A stretch of DNA of 32,000 bases, taken from positions 330,001 to 362,000 of the forward strand of contig NC_013967.1 in NCBI RefSeq assembly GCF_000025685.1, given 5' to 3'. Under the pieces are notes generated by a model. That model was not told the DNA's origin and made no database searches. It saw nothing but the letters and a program-made list of their open reading frames with translations. The stretch comes from Haloferax volcanii DS2. Lineage in GTDB: Archaea > Halobacteriota > Halobacteria > Halobacteriales > Haloferacaceae. Positions 22,270 through 32,000 of the stretch are shown here, piece after piece. The position numbers and the translations under genes are program-made. Positions within the stretch are counted from its first letter, which is position 1, and the number at the start of each line of letters is the position of its first letter.

Positions 22270-23352
22270 ATGTACGATTTCGCCGTCGTCGGCGTCGGTC
22301 CCGCCGGCGCGCGGTTCGCCCGCCGCGCGGCCGACGCGGGCTACGACGTGCTCGCGCTGGAGAAAGGCGAGGTCGGGACGCCCCTCGCGTGCTCCGGCCA
22401 CGTCAGCACCGACATCTGGGAGTACGTCCCCGACGAGGCGCGCGACCGCCTGTTTCAGAACCGCATCTACGGGGCGAACTTCCGCGTCGGCGGCCCGAAC
22501 TCCAAGGCATACCCGTTCTACAAGCAAAGCGAGGTCTCGAACGTCATCGACCGCGTCGAACTCGACCGCACCCTCGCCGACTGCGCCCGCGACGCCGGCG
22601 CTGACGTGCGCGAGGGCCACACCGTCACCGCCGTCGAGGAACTCGACGACCGTGTCCGACTGACCGTGAGCGTGGCCGGCGAGGCCGGCACCGTCCAGTT
22701 CGAGGCGAAGATGGTTGCCGGGTGCGACGGCCCCACCTCGCGTGTCCGCCGGGCGCTCGACCTCCCCGAACCGTCGGAGACGCTCCACGGCGTCCTCGCG
22801 TTCGACCCCGACCCGGACGACGGCGACTTCGTGGACGTGCACCTCACGGTCCCGCGCTTTTTCGCGTGGCGCATCCCCCGCGGCGACGCCGGCGTCGAGT
22901 ACGGCCTCGCGGCCCCGCCGGGCGCTGAGGTCAACGAGATGTTCGACGCGCTCACGAGCACCTACGACGTGGAGACGGAACATTTCTGTTCGGGAGCCAT
23001 TCCCATCGGCCCGCCGGACCGGACGACGACCCGGCGGGCGTTCCTCGTCGGCGACGCGGCCGCGCAGACCAAGCCGTTCACCGGCGGCGGCATCCTCTAC
23101 GGGATGACCGCGGCCGACATCGCCGCGTCGACCATCGACCCCGACGACCCCGAGACGCTGTCGGCCTACGAGTCGGCGTGGCGCGACGAACTCTCGCGGG
23201 AGATTCGGCTGGGCCACCTCGTGCGCCGGTGTTACTCCTTCCCCGAGTGGCTCCAACGGGTCGGCCTCCGGTCGCTGTCGGGCGAAATCGGCGTCCACAT
23301 GGACAAGCCGAGCTCGTTCTTCTCGCGCGAGCACCTGAAGAAACTGCTCTGA
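22270..23352 (+). CDS. FAD-dependent oxidoreductase, geranylgeranyl reductase family (360 aa)
   Basis: N-terminal dinucleotide-binding YDFAVVGVGPAGARFA...LALEK, then later GCDGPTSRVRR and LVGDAAAQTKPFTGGGI. Confidence 0.85.
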   Translation: MYDFAVVGVGPAGARFARRAADAGYDVLALEKGEVGTPLACSGHVSTDIWEYVPDEARDRLFQNRIYGANFRVGGPNSKAYPFYKQSEVSNVIDRVELDRTLADCARDAGADVREGHTVTAVEELDDRVRLTVSVAGEAGTVQFEAKMVAGCDGPTSRVRRALDLPEPSETLHGVLAFDPDPDDGDFVDVHLTVPRFFAWRIPRGDAGVEYGLAAPPGAEVNEMFDALTSTYDVETEHFCSGAIPIGPPDRTTTRRAFLVGDAAAQTKPFTGGGILYGMTAADIAASTIDPDDPETLSAYESAWRDELSREIRLGHLVRRCYSFPEWLQRVGLRSLSGEIGVHMDKPSSFFSREHLKKLL

Positions 23353-23382
23353 GACGCCCGGGAGCCGCCAAGCACACCGAGT

Positions 23383-24480
23383 CTAGTTCTCGCCCGGATA
23401 CGTCGGCAGCCGCGCCGACACCGCGCTCCCCTCGACGAACGGGAGCGACTCGCGGGTCGCCTCGACGCGGTCGCCGTCGACCGCGACTTTCAGGGCGTCG
23501 GTATCGAGGCCGTAGTCGACGAGCGCGAAGCCGATGGGCGCGTCGAGCATCGGGCTCTCGACGGCGCGGGTGACGGTGCCGACCGACTCGCCGTCCGCCG
23601 AGACCTCGGCACCCGAGTCGGGGAGGGCGTCGGCGCGGAAGCCGACGAGCCGGCGCGAGGGTCGCCCGCGGTTTTCTATCTTCGAGACGAGTTCCTGCCC
23701 GACGAAACAGCCCTTATCGAAGTCCAGCGCGTTGCGGACGCCGGCGACGTTCGGGACGTTGCCGCGGAGTTCCGACTCGAAAAGCGGCGTGCCGGCCTCG
23801 GCGGTGAGACTGTCCCACGTCCGATAGCCCACGGGGACCGAGGGGTTGCCGTAGAACAGGAGCGCGTCGAGCACGTCTTCGGCGTCCTTCGCGCGGCAGA
23901 TGACGTCGTAGCCCTCCTCGCCGGTCGGGTTGTCGGAGGCGACGACCGTGACGCCGAGTTCGCCGCCGATGGAGCCGCGGACGAAGGAGAGCTCCGGCTC
24001 CGGCGCGCCCGCCCCCGAGAGGATGCTCGCCACCTTCTCGGTCGACTGGGGGCCGTGGACGCCGAAGACGCCGAACTCGTCGGAGGCGTCGCGTATCTTG
24101 ACGCGCTGGAGGAACGTCTTCGAGCCCCACTCCTCGACGAGCGGTTCGGCGCGGTCCCGCGGGGTGAAAATCAGCAGGCGCTCGCCCGCGTTGTAGACGT
24201 ACATCTCCGTCTCGATGCGGCCGTCGGGGTCGAGAAGCAGGGCGTAGACGCCCTCTCCGTCCTCGTCGGGGACGGTGTCCGTCACCGCGTTGTCGACGTA
24301 GTCGACCCGGTCTTCGCCCTCGACGACGACCACGCCGTAGCCGTGTTCGATGACGCCGACGCCGTTTCTGACGGCGCGGTGGGTCCGCCCGGGGCGGCCG
24401 TAGTGGCTCACGACCTCGATTCCGCCGCGCGTCTCGAACGTCGCACCGTGTGCCTCGTGGATGTCGGCGACGAGTGTCAT
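23383..24480 (-). CDS. GcvT-family aminomethyltransferase-like folate-binding protein (365 aa)
   Basis: Start at MTLVADIHEAHGATF (ATG 24480). Overall GcvT/YgfZ-like pattern (HRAVRNGVGVIE..., FDKGCFVGQELVSKIENRG). Confidence 0.75.
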   Translation of the reverse strand: MTLVADIHEAHGATFETRGGIEVVSHYGRPGRTHRAVRNGVGVIEHGYGVVVVEGEDRVDYVDNAVTDTVPDEDGEGVYALLLDPDGRIETEMYVYNAGERLLIFTPRDRAEPLVEEWGSKTFLQRVKIRDASDEFGVFGVHGPQSTEKVASILSGAGAPEPELSFVRGSIGGELGVTVVASDNPTGEEGYDVICRAKDAEDVLDALLFYGNPSVPVGYRTWDSLTAEAGTPLFESELRGNVPNVAGVRNALDFDKGCFVGQELVSKIENRGRPSRRLVGFRADALPDSGAEVSADGESVGTVTRAVESPMLDAPIGFALVDYGLDTDALKVAVDGDRVEATRESLPFVEGSAVSARLPTYPGEN

Positions 24481-24645
24481 TACTCCTCGTTTCGCCTTCG
24501 GCGCGTAAAACCCTCCCACTCCCGGACGACACCCCCGGCTTTTGGTTCGGGGCCGTCCCGGTTTTCGGTCGCGGGGTCGACCCGGCGTCGGTCGCGGGCC
24601 GGCGGGCGGGTAGTCACAACGAGTCTGTGCTCCGCGTCGCCGCGC

Positions 24646-24945
24646 TCAGAGCCCGAACCGCTCGCGGAGTCTCTCGAACAGCGACGCGTCCTCTTCGACG
24701 GCTTCGCTCGGGTCCGGAACGACGCGCTCGTCGGCGTGAATGAGGACCCCCGTGTCGGCCTCTTCGACCACGATGAGGCTCTCGTCTTTCAGCGCCGACA
24801 GCGCCTCTTCGATGGTGTCGATGTCGGCGTCCACGGCGGCACGGAGTTCGAACACCGTCATCCCCTCGTCGTGGCGGTCGACGAGCGCGTCGAGCACCGC
24901 GACCTCGATGTCGCGGCGGTTCCGAAACTCCCGCCTCGCTCTCAT
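24646..24945 (-). CDS. Small winged-helix DNA-binding protein (99 aa)
   Basis: IEVAVLDALVDRHDEGMTVFELRAAVDADIDTIEEALSALKDESLIVVEE is wHTH-like. Confidence 0.65.
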   Translation of the reverse strand: MRARREFRNRRDIEVAVLDALVDRHDEGMTVFELRAAVDADIDTIEEALSALKDESLIVVEEADTGVLIHADERVVPDPSEAVEEDASLFERLRERFGL

Positions 24946-25049
24946 AGCGGGTACATCGTTCGCCTCCTGTTTACTTGTACCGCCCGTCTGACGGGCGTCC
25001 GACAGGCAGGGGGTAGCTTTTTGTTTCCGAATCCCGGAATCCTCGCGTA

Positions 25050-26090
25050 ATGGGACTTACTTGCCGTCTTCTCGGGCACTCCTACGGAGACGCCGAGACG
25101 GAACGGGAGCGCGAGGAACGCGGCGACGAGGTGGTCGTCTCGATTCGGGAGATACAGGTCTGCTCGCGGTGCGGACACGAACAGGTCATCAGCGAGAACA
25201 AGGAGGTCACGGCCATCCGAACGCCCGAGGAGGTCGGGATGACGGAGGGCGAAGTCGAGACCGCGGCCGCCGGCTTCGAGCCGGCGGACCCGCAGCCCGG
25301 CGTCTCCGACGCCGAGGACGCCGCCATCGAGACGGCTCCGGACGCGGAGACGCGGGCCGAAGCCGACGCCGCAACCGCCGCTGAGACGGACGCGGACGCC
25401 ACCCCGGGCCCCGCGGCGAAACAGCCGACCGAGGCCGCGAGCGCGGATACGCCCGACGCCCAGCCGGCCGACCAACCCGGCGACCAGCCGGCCGCGAGCG
25501 CCGACGCCGGCACTGCTGACGCCGGGACCGCCGACGCGCCGCCCGTGACCGACGACGGCATCATCCTCGACGACGACGAAGAGCAGTCGGCCACCCGCGA
25601 CCGAACGCAGTGGCCCGACGAGGTCGACGAGGTCGAGACCGACGACCCGACGCCGCCGGCCGACGGCGACGACGCGGAGTTCATCGACGCGGACGCCGAG
25701 GCGGGCGTCGAGACCGACGCCGAGGCGGAGCCCGAAGGGAGCCAGACCCGCGAACGCGGCGCGTGGCCCGACGCGCCGGGCGACGACGAGGGTTGGAACG
25801 CCCAGCCAGACGACGGCGAGCCCGTCTCGGTCTCGTTCGGCGGCGGTCTGACGCCCGAGAACAACGGCTCGTCGAGCCAGCAGGCCAACGGGCAGTACGT
25901 CGAGGCGGAGGGCGAAGACGACTTCGTCCGGGCCGACGAGTCGAACGTCGGCAACGAAGCCCCCGACGACGCCGTCGAGTACTACTGTCCGAACTGCGGC
26001 CACGCCCGCGGCGCGTCCTCGTCGTCGATGCGGGCCGGCGACATCTGCCCCGAGTGTAAAAAGGGCTACATAGCCGAGCGGGAGTCCTGA
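25050..26090 (+). CDS. Acidic low-complexity protein with N- and C-terminal zinc ribbons (346 aa)
   Basis: CRLLGH...CSRCGH at the N-terminus and CPNCGH...CPECKKG at the C-terminus, with a long A/D/E/T/P-rich middle. Confidence 0.75.
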   Translation: MGLTCRLLGHSYGDAETEREREERGDEVVVSIREIQVCSRCGHEQVISENKEVTAIRTPEEVGMTEGEVETAAAGFEPADPQPGVSDAEDAAIETAPDAETRAEADAATAAETDADATPGPAAKQPTEAASADTPDAQPADQPGDQPAASADAGTADAGTADAPPVTDDGIILDDDEEQSATRDRTQWPDEVDEVETDDPTPPADGDDAEFIDADAEAGVETDAEAEPEGSQTRERGAWPDAPGDDEGWNAQPDDGEPVSVSFGGGLTPENNGSSSQQANGQYVEAEGEDDFVRADESNVGNEAPDDAVEYYCPNCGHARGASSSSMRAGDICPECKKGYIAERES

Positions 26091-26160
26091 CCGCGGCACG
26101 CCCTCGCAGGCGTCGCGGAGTCGCGAAACAGGTAAACCATACCCTGTCGAAAAGGCGTCC

Positions 26161-26541
26161 ATGAAGGAGTACAAGATGCGTCGTGGGGAGACGCTCGAAG
26201 AGCGAATTCCGGACATGGAAGCGACGGTCGAAGACTACTTCGGCCCCATCACCGGCACCGAGGAGTTCAAAGGCAGCGACCTCTACGTCGTCGGCGAGCC
26301 CAAGAACCCCGTGTTCACCCGCATCGTCGCCGGCGCGGTCAAGTACAGCGGCAAGAAAGACAAACTCGCGGTCAACTTCGAGGAGGCCGACCCGGCCGAC
26401 CTCGCTCCCGAAGACCTCGAAGCCGCCGGCGAGGCCGTCAGCGCGAAAAACGACTTCCTCCTGGAGGCGACGGGCCGCGACGCGAAGTCCCGCCGCGATT
26501 CGATGAAGCGCGCGGTCGAAGACGACGCGCCCGACGTCTGA
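26161..26541 (+). CDS. Hypothetical conserved-type acidic protein (126 aa)
   Basis: Clean acidic ORF. The start is ambiguous (M1 or M6). Confidence 0.7.
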   Translation: MKEYKMRRGETLEERIPDMEATVEDYFGPITGTEEFKGSDLYVVGEPKNPVFTRIVAGAVKYSGKKDKLAVNFEEADPADLAPEDLEAAGEAVSAKNDFLLEATGRDAKSRRDSMKRAVEDDAPDV

Positions 26542-26667
26542 GCCGTCCGACGTGGTCCGGATTTTCTCACACAGTCGCCCGCCGAGCGGCCGCGCTGCCA
26601 GCGAAACGCACATATCGCTCCCTCGTGACACACTCAGTGCGAGCGACCGTAACACGGTCGAATATGA

Positions 26668-26693
26668 ATTTTTACTTCGGTTCGAGTAAAAAT
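26668..26693. promoter_or_regulatory. 9-bp-stem inverted repeat upstream of the usp gene
   Basis: atttttact-tcggttcg-agtaaaaat lies 41-66 nt upstream of ATG 26734, just upstream of a TATA-like gttaagtg. Confidence 0.35.
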
Positions 26694-26733
26694 CTCCGGC
26701 ACGGTTAAGTGATACCGGGACGAACGGACTGGT

Positions 26734-27192
26734 ATGGCTATCGAAACTATCCTGCTCGCGGTCGGCGCGGGCGACGCCGAGCGCATCGACAGACTCGCCG
26801 AGGAGACAATCGACGTGGCCGGGCCGACCGGCGCGACGGTCGTCATCGGGCACGTCTTCACGAAAGACGAGTACGACGACGCGCTCGACAACCTCGATTT
26901 CGATATCACGGCCGAGGAGGTTTCGGCGGACGACGTGGCCCGACGACACGCCACCGTCCGCGAACTCACGCGCCGCTTCGACGACGCAGACATCGACTAC
27001 GTCATCCACGGCCGGGTCGGCCACCACGGCGAGAAACTCGTCGAACTCGCGGGCGAGGTCGACGCCGACCGCCTCGTCGTCGGCGGTCGGAAGCGCTCGC
27101 CGACCGGCAAGGCCGTCTTCGGGAGCGTCGCACAGGAGGTCATGCTCGAAGCGTCGTGCCCCGTGACGTTCGTCCGCGCGGACACCAAGTGA
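26734..27192 (+). CDS. Universal stress protein (UspA family, 152 aa)
   Basis: ILLAVGAGD...ADRLVVGGRKRSPTGKAVFGSVAQEVMLEASCPV is a typical Usp ATP-binding C-terminal pattern. Confidence 0.85.
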   Translation: MAIETILLAVGAGDAERIDRLAEETIDVAGPTGATVVIGHVFTKDEYDDALDNLDFDITAEEVSADDVARRHATVRELTRRFDDADIDYVIHGRVGHHGEKLVELAGEVDADRLVVGGRKRSPTGKAVFGSVAQEVMLEASCPVTFVRADTK

Positions 27193-27269
27193 CGGGTCGC
27201 GGCGGCACGGTCGCCGGAACGACCGGTTTCGCAGGCAACTACATATCTTAGCGCGCCGTCAGCTCCCGC

Positions 27270-27947
27270 ATGGACCACACCATCGACTACCGCCCGTCGT
27301 TCGCCCTCCTCACCGTCTCGCTCGACGAGGGCGAGTCGCTCCGGTCGGAGGCCGGCGCGATGGTCAGCTACTCCGACGGCATCGACATCGAGACGAACGC
27401 GAAAGGCGGCCTGTTCGGGTCGCTCAAGCGGAGCGTCCTCGGCGGCGAGTCGTTCTTCCAGAACACGTTCAGCGCGCGGCAGGCGGGGGAGGTCTCCTTC
27501 GCGCCCCCGCTGCCGGGCGACATCGTCCACCACGGTCTCGAAGACGAGACCCTGTACGTGCAGTCCGGGTCGTACATCGCCTCCGACCCCGCGCTCGACC
27601 TCGACACCTCCTTCGGCGGGGCGAAGACCTTCTTCGGGAGCGAGGGGCTGTTCCTGCTCAAACTGACCGGCACCGGTGACAGCTTCCTGTCGAGCTACGG
27701 GGCCATCCACGAGGTCGAACTCGGTGAGGGCGAACGCTACACGGTCGACACCGGCCACATCGTCGCCTTCGACGAAACCACGAGTTTCTCCGTCGAGCGC
27801 GTCGGCGGCCTGAAGTCCACCCTGTTCAGCGGCGAGGGCCTCGTCTGTACGTTCACCGGCCCGGGAACCGTCTGGATACAGTCGCGCAGCATGGACTCGT
27901 TCCTCTCGTGGCTCATCCCCAAACTCCCGACCAACAACTCCGCGTAA
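27270..27947 (+). CDS. TIGR00266 / AIM24 (DUF124) family protein (225 aa)
   Basis: Contains EAGAMVSYSDGIDIET...GGESFFQNTF...GSEGLFLLKLTGTGDSFLSSYGAI...GEGLVCTFTGPGTVWIQSR. Confidence 0.8.
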   Translation: MDHTIDYRPSFALLTVSLDEGESLRSEAGAMVSYSDGIDIETNAKGGLFGSLKRSVLGGESFFQNTFSARQAGEVSFAPPLPGDIVHHGLEDETLYVQSGSYIASDPALDLDTSFGGAKTFFGSEGLFLLKLTGTGDSFLSSYGAIHEVELGEGERYTVDTGHIVAFDETTSFSVERVGGLKSTLFSGEGLVCTFTGPGTVWIQSRSMDSFLSWLIPKLPTNNSA

Positions 27948-28022
27948 CCCCGACCCGGGAGTTACATCGCCGCGAGTAAATCTACCGAAAATCCCGCTTA
28001 GTTAAGTGGTGGGCGCATCCCT

Positions 28023-29000
28023 ATGGGAACGATGGCGTACTACGTGGGCGTCGACTTGGGGGCGACGAACGTCCGTTCCGTGGTCGGCGACGACGATGGA
28101 ACCGTCCTCGGAGAGGCCCGTGACAACACTCCGCGCGGCCCGACGGGAATCGCGGTCACCGAGGCGGTCCTCGGCGTCGTCCGCGAGGCGTGTGCCGAGG
28201 CGGGCATCGACCCGAGCGACGCGGTCGCGGCCGGTATCGGTGCAATCGGCCCGCTCGACTTGGCCGAGGGCGCGGTCGAAAACCCGGCGAACCTCCCGGA
28301 CACCATCGACCGCATCCCGCTGACCGGTCCCCTTTCGGTGCTGTTGGAGACGGACGAGGTGTACCTGCACAACGACACGAACGCCGGCGTCATCGGCGAG
28401 CGGTTCCACTCCGACCGCAACCCCGACGACATGGTGTACCTCACCATCTCCTCCGGTATCGGCGCGGGGGTCTGCGTCGACGGGCACGTCCTCGCCGGCT
28501 GGGACGGCAACGCCGGCGAGGTCGGCCACCTGACGCTCGACCCGCACGGCTTCATGACGTGCGGCTGCGGCCACAACGGTCACTGGGAGGGCTACTGCTC
28601 GGGGAACAACATCCCGAAGTACGCCCGCGAACTCCACGAGGAAGACCCGGTCGACACCGCGCTCCCCATCTCCGACCCCGACTTCTCCGCGGTCGACGTG
28701 TTCGAACACGCCGGCGACGACGAGTTCGCAGACCACATCATCAGCCAACTGGGCCACTGGAACGCGATGGGCGTCGCCAACATCGTCCACGCGTACGCGC
28801 CGCTTATCATCTACGTCGGCGGCGCGGTCGCGCTCAACAACCCGGACCTCGTGTTGGAGCCCATCCGCGAACAGATGAGCGAGATGGTCATGTCGAACAT
28901 CCCCGAGATTCAACTGACGACGCTGGGCGACGAGGTCGTGGTCGAGGGGGCGTTGGCGAGCGCGATGACCGGTGGAACTGGCGACCGCTCGCGGCTGTGA
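28023..29000 (+). CDS. ROK family sugar kinase (325 aa)
   Basis: N-terminal YYVGVDLGATNVR, a GAGV...G.AGEVGH segment and the ROK zinc motif CGCGHNGHWEGYCSG. The start may instead be M4 (28032). Confidence 0.85.
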   Translation: MGTMAYYVGVDLGATNVRSVVGDDDGTVLGEARDNTPRGPTGIAVTEAVLGVVREACAEAGIDPSDAVAAGIGAIGPLDLAEGAVENPANLPDTIDRIPLTGPLSVLLETDEVYLHNDTNAGVIGERFHSDRNPDDMVYLTISSGIGAGVCVDGHVLAGWDGNAGEVGHLTLDPHGFMTCGCGHNGHWEGYCSGNNIPKYARELHEEDPVDTALPISDPDFSAVDVFEHAGDDEFADHIISQLGHWNAMGVANIVHAYAPLIIYVGGAVALNNPDLVLEPIREQMSEMVMSNIPEIQLTTLGDEVVVEGALASAMTGGTGDRSRL

Positions 29001-29242
29001 GGCCGCGAGGATTCGCCAGTTTCAGCGCAGGTGGCACCGGTGACCGCTCGGGGCTGCGACGCGGCACTTCCTGTCACCACAATCGAATTATCTCGATTGA
29101 TACTCGGTGGCGCAGTCTTATAACTCCGGTCGAGAAACGCGATGACGTGCACCCGACGACGCCGAGTCGTTCGGCGTGCCGGTCGGCGCGTTCCCGTTCT
29201 CGTCGAACCGCACGGTGCACGGGCGTTCCACCGGATGCCTAG

Positions 29243-31420
<2,178 letters not shown>

Positions 31421-31426
31421 CCCACC

Positions 31427-31459
31427 TTTTTTCGCGGGATCCTCGGCAACGTCGTTGCC
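31427..31459. terminator. T6 run plus short hairpin after the nfu-like stop
   Basis: tttttt (31427-31432) is followed by ggcaac-gtc-gttgcc (31445-31459). A6 runs at 31472-31477 and 31486-31491 are T-runs on the minus strand. Confidence 0.4.
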
Positions 31460-31645
31460 TCGAACCCCGCCAAAAAATCTGGACCAAAAAAGGCGGCTAC
31501 TCCCTCCGGTCGTAGCCGTACGGTTCCCTCCAACACTCGCACCCTGTTCCGCGGTTCTCAGTACGTATTTTCGACGACTCCCGCCACCACGACGTCTGAG
31601 TCCTCCCCGGCAACGACGACTGACCGTCTTCCGGAGTTGCGACGC

Positions 31646-32000
31646 CTACCCCGACAGCGCCGACTCCAGACTCGACGCCACCGACCGCGCCTTCTCGGCC
31701 AGTTCCTCGGAGATGTGGCCGGCCTCGACGGCCTCGTCGAGTTCGTCGTCGTCGACCCGCTCGACCGTCCCGTCGGCGTGTTTCACCACGTCCACGTGGA
31801 GGTCGACGTACCGAATCTGGTCGGGGAAGCACTCGACGGGCGTGCAGATGTTGACGTAGGTCCCCTTGACACCGCCGTCGGCGTCGCGGTACACCGTCGG
31901 GTACCACCAGCGCCCCTCGCGGAACTTCGTGACCGCCACGTCCCCGGACTCGCGGTCGACGCCGAGGGCGTCGTAGGTACCGCCGCCGGTCATGCCGCGC
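31646..32000 (-). CDS. DUF402 domain protein (FAU-1 / RNase G/E-associated type), C-terminal part; 5' end outside window
   Basis: KGTYVNICTPVECFPDQIRYVDLHVDVV fits DUF402. The reading frame remains open upstream of M at 31993 to the window edge. Confidence 0.65.
   Translation of the reverse strand, partial: RGMTGGGTYDALGVDRESGDVAVTKFREGRWWYPTVYRDADGGVKGTYVNICTPVECFPDQIRYVDLHVDVVKHADGTVERVDDDELDEAVEAGHISEELAEKARSVASSLESALSG

Noticed and set aside
21133-23334. 733-aa minus-strand ORF, plus 21167..22267 and 21276..22121
   Set aside because: These are R/G/A/P-rich shadows overlapping two well-supported plus-strand genes (the BNR propeller and the geranylgeranyl reductase family protein).
25260-25860. 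Apparent tandem repeats in the acidic middle of 25050..26090 (for example ADAGTADAGTADA)
   Set aside because: This is low-complexity A/D/E/T/P compositional bias common in haloarchaeal proteins. I could not trace a regular repeat unit.
24942-26216. 424-aa and 448-aa minus-strand ORFs (24942..26216, 25681..27027)
   Set aside because: These are R/G/V-rich shadows of the acidic zinc-ribbon gene and its neighbours, with no motifs.
29118-29231. Possible 37-aa minus-strand ORF (MERPCTVRFDENGNAPTGTPNDSASSGARHRVSRPEL)
   Set aside because: It is short, GTG-initiated and has no supporting signals, so it cannot be distinguished from chance.

Overview
This is high-GC DNA with strongly GC-rich third codon positions and acidic proteins, typical of a haloarchaeal chromosome. 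From memory, sepF lying immediately upstream of uvrA matches the Haloferax volcanii layout, so the source is probably Haloferax or a relative. The window has two parts.

(1) Positions 1 to about 12630 look like an integrated virus- or plasmid-like element whose left end lies outside the window.
- Two divergent, translationally coupled operons fire from one AT-rich promoter region (4590-4718).
- The minus-strand chain has 10 genes (4589 down to 1092). It encodes three tandem beta-rich 146-168 aa proteins, several tail-anchored hyperacidic proteins and small membrane proteins.
- The plus-strand chain has 8 genes (4719-7088). It includes zinc-ribbon proteins, a small P-loop ATPase with packaging-ATPase-like motifs and tiny membrane proteins, and is followed by a short tyrosine recombinase.
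- Next comes an AT-rich island (about 7790-9900) carrying a 5-6 gene operon of unknown function headed by an RHH protein.
- After that is a regulator/integrase module (9904-11785), then a repeat-rich non-coding tract (11790-12260).
- The palindrome TCAAT-N-ATTGA occurs in both divergent promoter regions (4652-4662, 9798-9808, 9810-9820), which suggests one repressor controls both.

(2) Positions 12850-32000 hold ordinary chromosomal genes: RNase R-like, PUA protein, DUF1028, sepF, uvrA, a BNR propeller, a geranylgeranyl reductase family protein, a GcvT-family protein, Usp, AIM24/TIGR00266, a ROK kinase, an LVIVD/PGF-CTERM protein, an Nfu-like protein and a partial DUF402 protein.

I saw no rRNA, tRNA or CRISPR array. 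Many long listed ORFs are antisense or off-frame artefacts of the GC-rich composition. Function calls rest on motifs I can read in the translations. No database search was possible.
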